Part shown: piece after piece, positions 14,094-31,342 of the stretch
Numbering within the stretch: position 1 is the stretch's first letter
Layout of the letters: every line of letters begins with the position of its first letter
Source: the human T2T-CHM13v2.0 reference genome, Homo sapiens
Direction of reading: 5' to 3'
Assembly (NCBI GenBank): GCA_009914755.4
Contig: CP068257.2
Location: 27,360,001 to 27,424,000, forward strand
Length of the DNA stretch: 64,000 nucleotides
Notes under the pieces: model-generated
The model's database searches: none
Told to the model about the DNA's origin: nothing
The model's input: the letters and a program-made list of their open reading frames with translations, nothing else
Translations under genes and position numbers: made by a program

Positions 14094-16234
14094 CCCTCTC
14101 CCTCTCCCTCTCCCGTCTCCCCATGGTCTCCCTCTCCCTCTCTTTCCACGGTCTCCCTCTGATTCCGAGCCGAAGCTGGACGGTACTGCTGCCATCTCGG
14201 CTCACTGCAACCTCCCTGCCTGATTCTCCTGCCTCAGCCTGCCGAGTGCCTGCGATTGCAGGCGCGCGCCGCCACCCCTGACTGGTTTTCGTATTTTTTT
14301 GGTGGAGACGGGGTTTCGCTGTGTTGGCCGGGCTGGTCTCCAGCTCCTAACCGCGAGTGATCCGCCAGCCTCGGCCTCCCGAGATGCGGGGATTGCAGAC
14401 GGAGTCTGGTTCACTCAGTGCTCAATGGTGCCCAGGCTGGAGTGCAGTGGCGTGATCTCGGCTCGCTACAACCTCCACCTCCCAGCAGCCTGCCTTGGCC
14501 TCCCAAAGTGCCGAGATTGCAGCCTCTGCCCGGCCGCCACCCCGTCTGGGAAGTGAGGAGCGTCTCTGCCCGGCCACCCATCGTCTGGGATGTGAGGAGC
14601 CCCTCTGCCTGGCTGCCTAGTCTGGAAAGTGAGGAGCGTCTCTGCCCAGCCGCCCTCCCATCTAGGAAGTGAGGAGCGCCTCTTCCCAGCCGCCATCCCA
14701 TGTGGGAAGTGAGGAGCGTCTCTGCCCGGCCGCCCATCGTCTGAGATGTGGGGAGCACCTCTGCCCTGCCGCCCCGTCCGGGATGTGAGGAGCGTCTCTG
14801 CCCGGCCACCCCGTCTGAGAAGTGAGGAGACCCTCTGCCTGGCAACCACCCCGTCTGAGAAGTGAGGAGCCCCTCCGCCCGGCAGCCGCTGGGTCTGAGA
14901 AGTGAGGAGCCCCTCCGCCCAGCAGCCACCCCGTCTGGGAAGTGAGGAGCGTCTCTACCCGGCAGCCACCTCGTCCGGAAGGGAGGTGGGGGGGGTCAGC
15001 CCCCCGCCCGGCCAGCCGCCCCGTCCGGGAGGGAGGTGGGGGGGGTCAGCCCCCCACCCGGCCAGCCGCCCCGTCCGGGAGGGAGGTGGGGGGGTCAGCC
15101 CCCCGCCCGGCCAGCCGCCCCGTCCGGGAGGTGAGGGGCGCCTCTGCCCGGCCGCCCCTACTGGGAAGTGAGGAGCCCCTCTGCCCGGCCAGCCGCCCCG
15201 TCCGGGAGGGAGGTGGGGGGGGTCAGCCCCCCGCCCGGCCAGCCGCCCCGTCTGGGAGGTGAGGGGCGCCTCTGCCCGGCCGCCCCTACTGGGAAGTGAG
15301 GAGCCCCTCTGCCCGGCCAGCCGCCCCGTCCGGGAGGGAGGTTGGGGGGTCAGCCCACCGCCTGGCCAGCCGCCCCATCCGGGAGGGAGGTGGGGGGGTC
15401 AGCCCCCCACCCGGCCAGCCGCGCCGTCCGGGAGGGAGGTGGGGGGGTCAGCCCCCCGCCCGGCCAGCCGCCCTGCCCGGGAGGTGAGGGGCGCCTCTGC
15501 CCGGCCGCCCCTACTGGGAAGTGAGGAGCCCCTCTGCCCGGCCAGCCGCCCCGTCCGGGAGGGAGGTTGGGGGGTCAGCCCCCCGCCCGGCCAGCCGCCC
15601 CGTCCGGGAGGGAGGTGGGGGTGGTCAGCCCCCCCCCCGGGAGGTGAGGGGCGCCTCTGCCCGGCCGCCCCTACTGGGAAGTGAGGAGCCCCTCTGCCCG
15701 GCCACCACCCGGTCTGGGTGGTGTACCCAACAGCTCACTGAGAACGGGCCATGATGACAATGGCGGTTTTGTGGAATAGAAAGGGGGGAAAGGTGGGGAA
15801 AAGATTGAGAAATCGGATGGTTGCTGTGTCTGTGTAGAAAGAGGTAGACATGGGAGACTTTTCATTTTGTTCTGTACTAAGAAAAATTCTTCTGCCTTGG
15901 GATCCTGTAGATCTGTGACCTTACCCCCAACCCTGTGCTCTCTGAAACATGTGCTGTATCCACTCAGGGTTGAATGGATTAAGGGCGGTGCAAGATGTGC
16001 TTTGTTAAACAGATGCTTGAAGGCAGCATGCTCCTTAAGAGTCATCACCACTCCCTAATCTCAAGTACCCAGGGACACAAACACTGCGGAAGGCCGCAGG
16101 GTCCTCTGCCTAGGAAAACCAGAGACCTTTGTTCACTTGTTTATCTGCTGACCTTCCCTCCACTATTGTCCTGTGACCATGCCCAATCCCCCTCTGCGAG
16201 AAACACCCAAGAATGATCAATTAAAAAAAAAAAA
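14094..16234 (+). mobile_element. Full-length SVA retrotransposon (hominid-specific composite SINE-VNTR-Alu)
   Basis: (CCCTCT)n hexamer run starting at 14094. Antisense Alu-like region at about 14160-14530 (ctgccatctcggctcactgcaacctccctgcctgattctcctgcctcagcctgccgagtgcctgcgattgcaggcgcgcgccgccac...). GC-rich VNTR at about 14530-15715 (repeating ccgtctgggaagtgaggagcgtctctgcccggccgcc / gggaggtggggggtcagccccccgcccggccagccgcc units). SINE-R (HERV-K-derived) region at about 15716-16220 (...tgtctgtgtagaaagaggtagacatgggagacttttcattttgttctgtactaagaaaaattcttctgccttgggatcctg...). Poly-A at 16223-16234. Lies in RWDD2B intron 1, antisense to the gene. Confidence 0.9.
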
Positions 16235-16360
16235 GTCTTCTATTTTCTATTTGGAATACATTTTCAATTTCTGCATTTAAATATTTGATCCATCTGGGAT
16301 ATACTTCACTTTAAAAGGTGACGGAAGTTTCCAGCTTATTTTTTTTTTCCAGTTAACTAG

Positions 16361-16667
<307 letters not shown>

Positions 16668-16860
16668 TAATACTCAACTCTTGAAATCACTATGATGGGT
16701 TAGTAAATTGCTCCTACTCTGTCTCTTCATAGCCATCACTCTTCTTTTCTAGAATTCTTTTTTGGTATTTCCTGGCTTTTCTCACATATAAACATTAGAA
16801 TAATTTTGTTAAGTTTTGAAAACAAGAAAAAATGGTAACTGCATTGAAATTAAAGATTAG

Positions 16861-17344
<484 letters not shown>

Positions 17345-17993
17345 TCATGGTACCAAGTATTACTGAATATTAAATGTTCACAATTCTCAAATTCTTAGGA
17401 TGTTCCAAATTCTCGAGCCCCATATTTGTAAATTTAACTATATCTGTATATTTATATTGGATGTTATATTAGTTCATTTTCTGTTACGATAACAGACTAC
17501 CTGAGACTGGGTAGTTTACGATGAAGAGAAATTTATTTGGCTTATTGTTCTGGAAGCAGGGAAATCCAAGAGAATGGTGCCTGCATTTTGCAAGGGCATT
17601 CTTACTGAGTCATCCCATGGCGGAAGGCAGAGGGCAAGAGAGAATGAGAGCAAGTGCAAGAGAGATGAAGGGGCCAAATGCATGCTTTTATCAGGAACCC
17701 ACTCCCACAATAACTAACCCACTCCTGCAGTAACACCATTAATCCATTTGTGAGGGCCCTGTTCTTTGGGAACTTTTTCAACCCTGCCTTCTTTCTCTTC
17801 TTCTGAAATGCTGATGACAGGAATGTTACATTTTTTGTTATATCCCTGCATATCACTTAATCACCTCTGAAAGGTCCCACCGCTCAACTCTATTGCTTTG
17901 GGATAAAGCTTCTAACACATGAACTTTGGGGCACACATTAAACCACAGCAGAGACCATCTCAGTCTTAACAGTCCTAAAATAGGTCTAAATGG

Positions 17994-18300
17994 CCTGGCG
18001 CAGTGGCTCACGCCTGTAATCCCAGCACTTTGGGAGGCCAAGGCAGGCAGATCATGAGGTCAGGAGATCAAGACCATCCTGGCTAACATGGTGAAACCCC
18101 ATCTCTACTAAAAATACAAAAAATTAGCCGGGCGTGGTGGCGGGCACCTGTAGTCCCAGCTACTCAGGAGGCTGAGGCAGGAGAATGGCGTGAACCCAGG
18201 AGGCAGAGCTTTCAGTGAGCCGAGATACAGCCACTGCACTCCAGCCTGGGCGGCAGAGCGAGACTCCTTCTAAAAATAAAAAAATAAAAATAAATAAAGT
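17994..18300 (+). repeat. Alu SINE
   Basis: ggcctggcgcagtggctcacgcctgtaatcccagcactttgggaggccaaggcaggcagatcatgaggtcaggagatcaagaccatcctggctaacatggtgaaaccccatctctac... Confidence 0.9.
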
Positions 18301-18676
18301 AAAATAAAATAGGTCTAAATTATATTTCTTTAATAATAATTCTTTTATTATTTCTTTTCTGTTTAGAGAACCTATTTTAACCATTCTTTTAGGATAGGTC
18401 TGCTGGTGACAAATCTCCTAGATTTCCTTCATCTTAGAATGTCTTGATTTCCCCTTCATTTCTGCAGAATATTTTCACTGGATGCAGTATTCTGGCTTAA
18501 CAGGTTTTTACTTTCAACAATTGAAAAATGCTGTGCCTCTTCACCTAGCCTCTCTGGTGACTGATGAGAAATCACTCTCATTTGAATTGTTTTCCTTTAC
18601 AGATAAGGTTCATTTTTGTCACTAATTTTAAGAATTTTTCATTGTCTTTGGTTTTCAGAAGTTTGATTATGATGCG

Positions 18677-18982
18677 TTTTTTTTTTTTTTTTTTTTTTTT
18701 TGAGATGGGAGTCTCACTTTGTCACCCAGGCTGGAGTACAATGGTGCAATCTTGGCTTATTGCAACCTCCACCTCCCAGGTTCAAGCAATTCTCCTGCCT
18801 CAGCCTCCTGAGTAGCTGGGATTACAGGCGCACACCACTACGCCCAGCTAATTTTTGTATTTTTAGTAGAGATGGGGTTTCACCATGTTGGGCAGGCTGG
18901 TCTCGAAATCCTGACCTTGTGATCCACCCGCGTTGGCCTCCCAAAGTGCTGTGATTACAGGTGTGAGCCGCCACACCTAGTC
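18677..18982 (-). repeat. Alu SINE
   Basis: poly-T(25) then gagatgggagtctcactttgtcacccaggctggagtacaatggtgcaatcttggcttattgcaacctccacctcccaggttcaagc...gtgtgagccgccacacctagtc. Confidence 0.9.
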
Positions 18983-19283
<301 letters not shown>

Positions 19284-19717
19284 CCCATATGGTTTAGGTA
19301 TTTATCCTAGACAAAAGCAATCCTAATTAGGCGAGAGACTATATGGGCACAATTCTTATTTGTGACTTCTCAGAGTCTTAAACTGTGAATTTCCAAGAGG
19401 GGTGTTCAGTATTCTGTCTGACTCCAGAACATGTTTTTCCAGGCCAAATGACATTAGCCCTCCTCTCCACAGAACAGAGCAGGATTCCTTATTTTGCCAT
19501 GTAGTTACCTGAATTTAAGTAGTTTAAATATAAGCATTTAAAGTATCATAAAAGATGGTGGGTAGCCTTGATAATATTTATACATATATTAACATATATT
19601 TATTAATATGTCTATTCATGTTTAATTTGAAGTTTTCCTCTTCTAATAACTGTTGGAACTGCAAATATTCCTCCCTCCTTTAATCGCAATGTTTTCTTTT
19701 GTTTTTTTTCCGATTTT

Positions 19718-20018
<301 letters not shown>

Positions 20019-20423
20019 TTTTTTTTTTAAACAAAATCCTCATACATACTTAAAATCCCTGGACTTATTGGAATTCCATATACATATTTGCTGGTCTGTT
20101 TTGGAGTTGAGAAACATAAAAAACAACTACTTGGGTGGTTATTAGAGGAAATGGTTTACTTTGTTTTTTTGTTGGCGTGGCTCTGTTACCAGTGTTTTTG
20201 GATTCTATTACCAGATTGCCAAGGTGCGACTCCTGGCTCTGCCACTTACCAACTGCAGGACCTTAGGCAAGTGGCTTAATTTATCTGTGCTTTAGTCTCC
20301 CCAACTCCATAACTGGGATGAGAGGGTTGCTGTGATGATTAGATGAGAATTTGTGGAAAGTGCCTGGCAACAGTAAATTTTATATGCGTGCTTGCTACTA
20401 TTATTATTAATTAAAAAAACCTT

Positions 20424-20622
20424 TTTTTTTGAGACAGGGTCTAGCTCTGTCACCCAGGCCAGAGTGCAGAGTCGGCTCACTACAACCTCTGCTTTCTGGG
20501 TTTTTTAGTAGAGACGGGGTTTCACCACGTTGGCCAGGCTGGTCTCGAACTCCTGCCGTCATGATCCACCCGCCCTGGGCTCCCAAAGTGCTGGGATTAC
20601 AGGCATGAGCCACCGTGTCCGG
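20424..20622 (-). repeat. Alu SINE with internal deletion
   Basis: ttttttttgagacagggtctagctctgtcacccaggccagagtgcagagtcggctcactacaacctctgctttctgggttttttagtagagacggggtttcaccacgttggccaggctggtctcgaactcctg...ggcatgagccaccgtgtccggc. Confidence 0.85.
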
Positions 20623-20659
20623 CTGCTTATTACTATTATTATTATTGGTCATCATTTCA

Positions 20660-21080
<421 letters not shown>

Positions 21081-22162
21081 AATTTTTGTACCCAGTGAAT
21101 AACTGCTATGAAGAAACCTGAAAAAGAAAACAAGGATAAGGGAAACAATGAGGCAGCAGGGGTGAGACTGCACACAGCATTGTCAGGAAAGGCCTTTCTC
21201 CTAAGGTGACTGTAGGGAAGAGACTTTAAGGAACTGAAAAAGGAGGCCATGTGTTTTTCTTGGCCAAGAGTGTTCAAGGGAAAGCGAACAGCATATTCAA
21301 AGGCCTTGAGGAAGGAGGGTGCTAGAACAGCTGGCCAGAGCACAGTGAGCTGAGGACACGGGGAATAGAAGAGTTTAGTAAGGAAATGTGGGGCAGTTTA
21401 TGTTGGGACTAGTAAAGCATGGCCAGAATTTTGAATTTTATCCCGACTGACATGTAAGAGCTACAAGAGAGGTTTGACTTATGAAGATCCCCACACTTGC
21501 TGCTATGGAGAAAAGTGAAAGGAAAAGTGGGGTGACCAGATATAGACACCGCAATAACTAGGGAGAGATGATGGTGGCTTTGATAGGATTATAGTGGTCA
21601 AGTTGGTGAGCTTCAGGTTCTGGATACATGCAGAGAACAGAGGCAACAGGATTTACAGATGAATTACATGAGACACGGAAGAATGACTCCGGGGCTTTAA
21701 GGTACTGAAAGTATGGATCTGCCATTTATTTAGACGTTGATGGTCATGGGGAGCTGAAGCTTGGTTTTAGACACAAGTAATGAAGTGCCTACTAAGACAC
21801 CTGTTAAATAGAGATGTCTAGCAGGCAGTTAGATGTATAGTTTTGAAGTCTACGAGAGACTCAGCTAGATATATAATCTTGGGAGTCAACACTTATTTGG
21901 AACTATATATTTGTTTAAAGTCTCCCAGGGAGTGAGTAAAGTTGGGAGAGGGTGCTATTGAATTGGAGGTATCGAAGATGAAATGGGATTAGCAAAGAAG
22001 AACGGGACGGAGGGACTCTTGAACGGACAACTACGGGAGTGATGTCACAGGTCATTTATCTGCCAAATTATTTTCGCTTAAGAGATTTCAGTCCTTCCAA
22101 AAAACCCTCAAGATAATTTTATGATTCAAGATTTCAGCGAATGCTGTAAGATAATAGACTGT

Positions 22163-22290
22163 GGCCGGGCGCGATTGCTCACGCCTGTAATCCCAGCACT
22201 TTGGGAGGCAGAGGAAGGGGGACTGCTTGAGCCCAGGAGTTCAAGATCAGCCTGGGTAACATAGTAAGAGCTCGCCTTTATTATTTTTTT
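22163..22290 (+). repeat. Alu left-monomer fragment
   Basis: tggccgggcgcgattgctcacgcctgtaatcccagcactttgggaggcagaggaagggggactgcttgagcccaggagttcaagatcagcctgggtaacatagtaagag. Confidence 0.8.
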
Positions 22291-22379
22291 AAAAAATAAA
22301 ATATATTTAAGAGAACGCAGACTGAAACTTGAGATTTCTGAGTGGAATAATATCTTTTCCTTGCAGATTTTTTTTTGAA

Positions 22380-23346
<967 letters not shown>

Positions 23347-24479
23347 TAACGGGCACTTTTCAGGGACAAAGAATTGGTCCGTTAATGTTCCTCAAATTCG
23401 AACGCGCCTAGGAATAGTTCGGGGATCCTGTTGAAGTGCAGATCAGGATTCCGTAGGTAGGGGTGGGGTTCCAAATTCTACATTTCTAGTATCTTCCCAC
23501 ACGATGGTGATCCTCCTTGTCCCTGAATCATGGAGGAGGGCAATTAGGGAGATGTGAGCCTGGATGCATGGTGGCCTTGGCTATCTTAGGTGTTCTTGCC
23601 CATTAACCAAGCTGGGAGGAACCGTGTGAATGCATATCTATCCCTGTTAATAAAAGGGTAGTTTGAAGGAGATGCTGACAGGAGAATAATTAGAAATGTT
23701 TTTCTTCCCAATCCAACTATATGCAATACACTTTATAATATTCATTTTAGAAATGTCATAGATAAGATTTGTAAACATTGACATTTAGCAATACTAAATA
23801 TCACTGCTAGGTCTCCCCTCCACTTTTTTTTTTTAAACAAAAATACGACAGTATGTATTGTAGGTCTTCATAAACTACGTCTTCTGCATAGTGTTTCATG
23901 AGCGTTTTTCAATGTCATAATTTATTTTTTCCTCCAACATTTATTATGAAAAAATTCAAGTGTAAAGCGAAGTCGAGAGAATTTTACAGTGGAGCAGACC
24001 TCAAGAGAAGGGGAAGGATGGATTTCCCCTCTATTTAGCAGTGTCTGAAGACATTTTGGGTTGTCACAACTGGAAGGATGGTATTGGCATGGGGTAGGTA
24101 GAGCACAGGGATGTTCCTCAACTTCCTACAATGAACAGGACATCCCCCGACAACAACAAATTTGCTGGTCCAAAATGTTGATAGTGTTGAGGTTGAAAAA
24201 CACTGACCTGGAGAGTACAGAATTTTACTCTACCAGCTTTGTCACATACCTCATCAATCTATCTGTTTTCATACATTTAAAAGTAAACTGCAGACAGTAC
24301 GCTTCTAAGTACCTCTAATGCACATCATTGGAGTTCAAATTAAGGATTTTTTAAGGTAAAAATGAAATGCATACCTTAAATACACATCAGTTTTTAAATG
24401 CACACGCCTATGGAACTCAAGCCATATTAACATATAGAACGTTACCATCACCCTAGAAAGTTCTTTCATGCCCTTTCTT

Positions 24480-24790
24480 AGTTCCCAACCAGTTCTCCCC
24501 AAAGGTAACCACTGTTCTGATTTTTTCCCCCACCATACTTATTTTTCTTGTTATAGAACGTCATATGGTTGGAGTCATGCAATAGATATTTTTGTGTAAG
24601 GGTTCTTTCACTCAGGGTAATATTTTCATCTGATATCATGTGTATCACTTTCTTTTGATTGCTCAGTAGTATTCCATCATATGAATATACCAGTTCCATT
24701 CTTGTTTTGATAGAAACCTGGGCTGTCTTCAGTTTTTTGGCTATTATAAATAAAGCTGCTGTGAACGTTCTTATATAGCATTTTATTGCT
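24480..24790 (+). repeat. Ancient L1 (LINE-1) fragment
   Basis: ggttctttcactcagggtaatattttcatctgatatcatgtgtatcac...ccagttccattcttgttttgatagaaacctgggctgtcttcagttttttggctattataaataaagctgctgtgaacgttcttatatag, a conserved L1 3' segment. Confidence 0.6.
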
Positions 24791-24939
24791 CATGACTTTC
24801 TTTTCAATAAATATTTATCGAGCACTTACTATATTCCAGGCATTTCCAGGTACTAATTATAGCCATGAACAAGACAAAGATGTCGCATCTCTCAAAGAGC
24901 TTATATTTGCACATTTCTGTGTATGTATGAAGAGGGCTA

Positions 24940-25661
<722 letters not shown>

Positions 25662-25712
25662 TTAGATTGCCCTGTAACTGGAAGGAAGTGACTTTTAAGG
25701 CATGTATAGAAG

Positions 25713-26010
25713 CTGGGTGTGGTGACTCACACCTGGAATCCTAGTGCTTTGGGAGGCTGAGGCTGGAGTATCGCTTGAGGTCAGGAGTTTGAGACCAGCC
25801 TGGGCAGCAGGCTTTTGTAGAGACACGGTGACTTCAAAAAAAAAAAAAAAAAGTTAGCTGATGAGGTGGCACACACTTGCAGTACCAGCTACGCGAGGCT
25901 GAGGCATGAGGATCACTTGAGCACAGGAATTCAAGGTTACAGTGAACTATGACTGCACTTCAGCCTGGGCTACAAAGCCAGACCCTGTCTCTAAAATAAA
26001 TAAATTAAAA
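25713..26010 (+). repeat. Alu SINE (old, AluJ-like, with expanded middle A-run)
   Basis: gctgggtgtggtgactcacacctggaatcctagtgctttgggaggctgaggctggagtatcgcttgaggtcaggagtttgagaccagcctgggcagc...aaaaaaaaaaaaaaaaagttagctgatgaggtggcacacacttgcagtaccagctacgcgaggctgaggcatgaggatcacttgagcacagg... Confidence 0.8.
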
Positions 26011-26431
26011 ATAAGGTGTGAACAGAATGACAATAAGATACCAACCCCGGAAGATCAGGGGGAAGAGGCTTTCTGACAGGAAGCACGTGGTACAATGACC
26101 CTAAGGCTCTGTTTTAAAATGCGTGGGGGCAAAAAGCCTGCATTTCTGGAGCTTGGAGAAGAAAGCTTTAAAAAATTATCTCATCCCACTCCTGTTCTTT
26201 TTTGCATGAGAGCTGGAGCCTATGCCCTACCACACATCCGTGGATATGCCCAGGATTTGACTTGGGCCTTCGAACTTTGCACAGTAGCTGCTACTAACTT
26301 TTTGAGATAATACATTCGTGGGGGCTCAGTCCTGCCTCATCTAAATCACCAGAGACCAAACAAGGACCAGCCCAATATCTCTTGGACTGTAATGTCATAA
26401 TGTTGTCAGAATACAGAGAAAGATGAAACTA

Positions 26432-26730
26432 AGCCGGGTCCGGTGGCTTATGCCTGTAATCCAGCATTTTGGGAGGCCGAGGCAGGTGGATCACTTGAGG
26501 CCAGGAGTTCAAGACCAGCCTGGCCAATATGCTGAAACCCTGCCTCTACCAAAAAAATACAAAAGTTAGCTGTGTGGTGGGGTGGCACGTGCCTATAATC
26601 CCAGCCACTGGGGAGGGTGAGGTGGGAGAATCGGGAGGTGGAGGTTGCAGTGAGCTGAGGTCGTGCCACTGCACTCCAGCCTGGGTAACAGAGTGCAACC
26701 CGGTCTCAATAAATAAATAAATAAGTAAAT
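26432..26730 (+). repeat. Alu SINE
   Basis: gccgggtccggtggcttatgcctgtaatccagcattttgggaggccgaggcaggtggatcacttgaggccaggagttcaagaccagcctggccaatatgctgaaacc...aataaataaataagtaaataaa. Confidence 0.9.
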
Positions 26731-27055
26731 AAAACAAAAATTATCTCAGCAGTAAAAAGCAAGAGAGCTAGTTTTCCCCCAAATTTAACCAAATGTTACT
26801 CTGGTGGTTAGTATGCCACCATCTTAAACTCCTTTTATCTGATTAGTAAGGATGGACATTTATTTTATGACCAATTGTTCTTTTATGGTGAATTACCTGT
26901 TTACATATCTATTTTTCTATAGCTATCTGCAACTCCCCCGACCCCCACGGTAGCGATTACTATCTTCTCTACTAAACTAAGACTCCAGGGCAGAGAGGCC
27001 TATGTTTAATTCATTTGAGGAAAGGCTTGGCACAAAGTGTGCACTTACATATTTT

Positions 27056-27350
<295 letters not shown>

Positions 27351-27384
27351 TCGCACTTACAAATTTTCAAAGAATGGACAGTAA

Positions 27385-27708
<324 letters not shown>

Positions 27709-27879
27709 ACTCGCTGCGTTTTTTATTCTGACATGGTGCAGGAAGGTAAATTCAAGACAACTTAGGTACTCAGTTTTAGAAGTCGACAGGACAGAATTAC
27801 GGAAACAAATTTAAGCGTTCCCCCTTTTAGCTCCAAATATAATGTGTTCCAGAAAGGTAACCATCTAGGAAACTCCAAG

Positions 27880-28650
27880 GCTCAGACCACCACCGGATGC
27901 CCACACTTCAGGAGCATTTATATAACTTCGTGGTTATGTCAGAGACGAGAAAACCCATTGACAACCAAACCCCTAAACCCGAACATCCGGCGCAAGCCGC
28001 ACGCAGGCGCAGATTTACTAGCGTCAGAGCCGATGGTCCCGGGAGGTGGGGGTGGGGTGGTGGTGGCCTAGCCACTTCCCATAATGCCGCGTTCCGGAAG
28101 TTATTGCTTTCCAGGGGTCACTCTGGCTTCGACTCCGTCGCTCTCAATTCGTCACCAGGAGGAAGACGGAGCTGGCTGCCCAGCCCAAAGGCCCATGAGG
28201 GGATGCAGTTATGGGCTCTGTCGCCGTGGGTGAGTTCTGGTCCCACTGCCTGGCAGTCGTCGCTCGCCTGGCTTTCTGCGCTGGGAGAGCTCCTGTTTTC
28301 CGCCCCAACTTCGTTCTCTTCTTGAAGGCCGCTCTCCTTAAGCACGTAACCCGGCTACTTTCCGGTACTGCGATCTCATTGGCTGCATGTTCTGTCAGTT
28401 CCAGAAGCTGGCCAATGAGATGCCGCTGCTGGCGGCCTTCTCGACCCCGTGGACCCAGAGGTTCCCCCGTGGGATCGGAGCAGTTAGAAGGGGAGGAGAG
28501 GGAAGGTGTGGCAGGCGCCGAGCAAATGGGTGGGTGGCGCGTGGCAGGGACTTCCCTATGGGTTGGAGCTGGATTTGCAGCCGTGTTCATACGGCTGGTA
28601 GGAAAAGCAGGATCTGTCACTTATCCAATTGACTATATCTAGGAGGGGAT
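27880..28650. promoter_or_regulatory. USP16: CpG island / USP16 promoter region
   Basis: CpG-dense segment that contains the inferred first (non-coding) exon. Palindromic ETS/GABP-type motif TTCCGGAAGT at 28092-28101. Runs of GC boxes (ggtgggggtggggtggtggtggcc, gggaggagagggaagg). Confidence 0.6.
28105..28229 (+). other. USP16: USP16 exon 1 (5'UTR, non-coding); 3' boundary supported by donor, 5' boundary (TSS) approximate
   Basis: Strong donor ...tctgtcgccgtgg|gtgagttctgg at 28229/28230 within the CpG island. Splicing to the exon-2 acceptor ttattttgtgtcag|TAAGTAATCC (31343) leaves the first in-frame-good Kozak ATG (gccaacATGG) in exon 2. The TSS is not determinable from sequence alone. Confidence 0.5.
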
Positions 28651-29630
28651 TGATATACGCAAAACTTGAAAGCCACGTTAACACCTGCTGACAAAGTTTT
28701 CCACACGCTTACATTTTTAATGGAACCGAGTAGGCAGGGGAAGACTGGGAGGGCAGAGAGTGAAGAGACTTGGAATAATATGAGAACCGGCAAGACTATC
28801 TTTGATTTAGATTTTGTATGGAGTCCTGCGAAGAGTCATTTCACTAAGACGTTAATGCTCATCCGATGACACTACTTGAAAAGTGTATTAAGTTTATTGA
28901 TGTTTTATAGCTGATGGAAGTCACAATATGCTCTCCTCATGACTCATTAGTTGCCTTTATAGTTGTCAGAACTTTACTGAGGCTCTTTCCGCAGCACTGG
29001 AGTGACCCCTCTGTCCTCTGCCTGCAGTAATTAACAATTCGTCTTTCAAGTTTTCCTATGGAGTCTAAGCTGCTGCAATCCTCAAACCAGATTTACTAGT
29101 GCTGTCTTCACTACTGCAGACTTCTGACTTCTCATTTTTCACCCTTTTCTTTTTCACCAGAACTTGTTTGCTTCATTCTTATGTACCTACCTTTGCACCT
29201 TGTAATCATCCTTTATGCCTCAGGTACTATTCTATTTTTCTATTTCAATGCAAGAAGTATTTCTTCAGGACCTGCTATGTACTAACATTATGCTAGATAT
29301 TATAGGCAGTTCCAAAACTGTGCTTGAAACCATTTATTTTTCTAAGAACTTTAGATTCTGCTTACAGAAATAACATAAACCCAGATTAAAGATTTAAGAA
29401 ATTCACTAGAATATGGGATAAGGGGACAAGATGACTAGAGCATACCATAAATACTGGGGAAGTTCAGTGGAGAGGTTTATTTAGAGTAGAATGATTGTCT
29501 AAGGCTTCCTTGAAATGGAGAGCTTCCAAGATTGGTAAGATTTAGATAGAATATTACAGCTAGAAATCAAAGACATCAAGGCGGGGAGGGTACAAAGTGT
29601 TTTGGAGTGGAGTACAAGAGAAGGACTTGG

Positions 29631-30135
<505 letters not shown>

Positions 30136-31342
30136 CATCTGCCTTTTAGCTCATCGTTTGTGTGATCTTTCACCATTTTTTTTTCCTGACTTTTCTCCTT
30201 GAGTGAAATGCCTCTATTTAAAGTGTTGTTATGAAAATCCGATGTGATAATGTTTGTGAAAGGGCTTTGAAGATCAAAAGCACTATATAGTTATAACTTT
30301 AGTGGTTTTTTTTGTTGTTGTTGAGGTGTAATAGAAAGTCAGGATTAGCCGAGCAATGGGGCCGAATTTATAAAGGCCTATGAGTGCAAAGTTTAGGGAG
30401 TGTGGTCCAGGAAACTGTTAAATGCTTCCAATCAAGAGAGTGATATGATAAAAATGGCATAACTGGGAGATGAATCTAGTACTGAACTCCCACATCGATT
30501 AGAGTGAGTTGGATTGGAGGCAAGAACTTGGGTGCTATTTTATGTATTTATTTCTAAAATCTATAATTCTATATAATTAGGTAGACCTGTATGTACTTTT
30601 AGCACTTTTCATGTTTTCTAAGTTTGAATTGTTGACTAAAAAAGTGAAGATTTGATGTGCAGCTAGATTTGTCAAATAGCCTTCCAAAGTGGTTTTGGCA
30701 ATAATATAATAATGTAAATAGTTGAGAATGCAGTTGTAATCAATTTTCATTTAGCTGATACGCATAGGAAATCCTGGTGTGGAAAATGTACAACAGTGTA
30801 TCACTTTTTGTATTTGGCTTTGAAGCCATTTTGGAAATTTTCTAACTCCCTTCAGGAGGTTGTTAGAATTATTTTTAATTTTTATTAGAGAAATTATCAG
30901 TTTAATTTGCATAGACTGCAGAGCTAAGAAAGGTAGCTTAGAAGGGAAGCAAATCAGTTTTCTGATTAAAGTGCTGCCATTATTTCACATGTATGTAGTG
31001 AGGAGTCACCTTCCTAAGAGTATCAAGTTCTGAGACTGTTCAAGATCTGTGTAAGATGACCAAGGTTCTCTCCTGACCTTTACATATATTGAAAACCTCT
31101 TAAGCTTGCTAAGAATCACTTTCCTATGCTATGAAAAACGGGAGATAACTATTCTATCTACTTGAGTTCCTGTTGAAAATTAGATGATTATATGTGATTG
31201 GTCTTTGTAAATTACAATGTGATAGACATGCATAATATACGTGGCTTAGTTATATTACTGTCTCCTAGAGAAATATAAGACATACTTTTTTTTTTGGTCA
31301 AGCTAACTTTATCTTGTTTTCTAGATTGTTATTTTGTGTCAG

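Noticed and set aside
14530-15715. Regularly spaced direct repeats reminiscent of a CRISPR array
   Set aside because: This is a eukaryotic genome. The repeats are contiguous with no unique spacers, they are GC-rich SVA VNTR units, and there is no cas context.
14411-15754. Very long GC-rich ORFs (172 aa minus, 141 aa plus, many overlapping) with repetitive Pro/Gly/Arg-rich translations
   Set aside because: They lie entirely within the SVA VNTR. The periodic amino-acid repeats (GREVGGSAPRPASRPVREGGGG...) simply mirror the ~37-bp tandem DNA repeat. There is no start context, no splice sites and no homology.
28144-28642. 158-aa (minus) and 143-aa (plus) ORFs over the USP16 CpG island
   Set aside because: These are GC-rich promoter sequence. 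Both strands are open at once (a compositional artefact). I see no homology and no supporting splice structure. The region is better explained as USP16 exon 1 and promoter.
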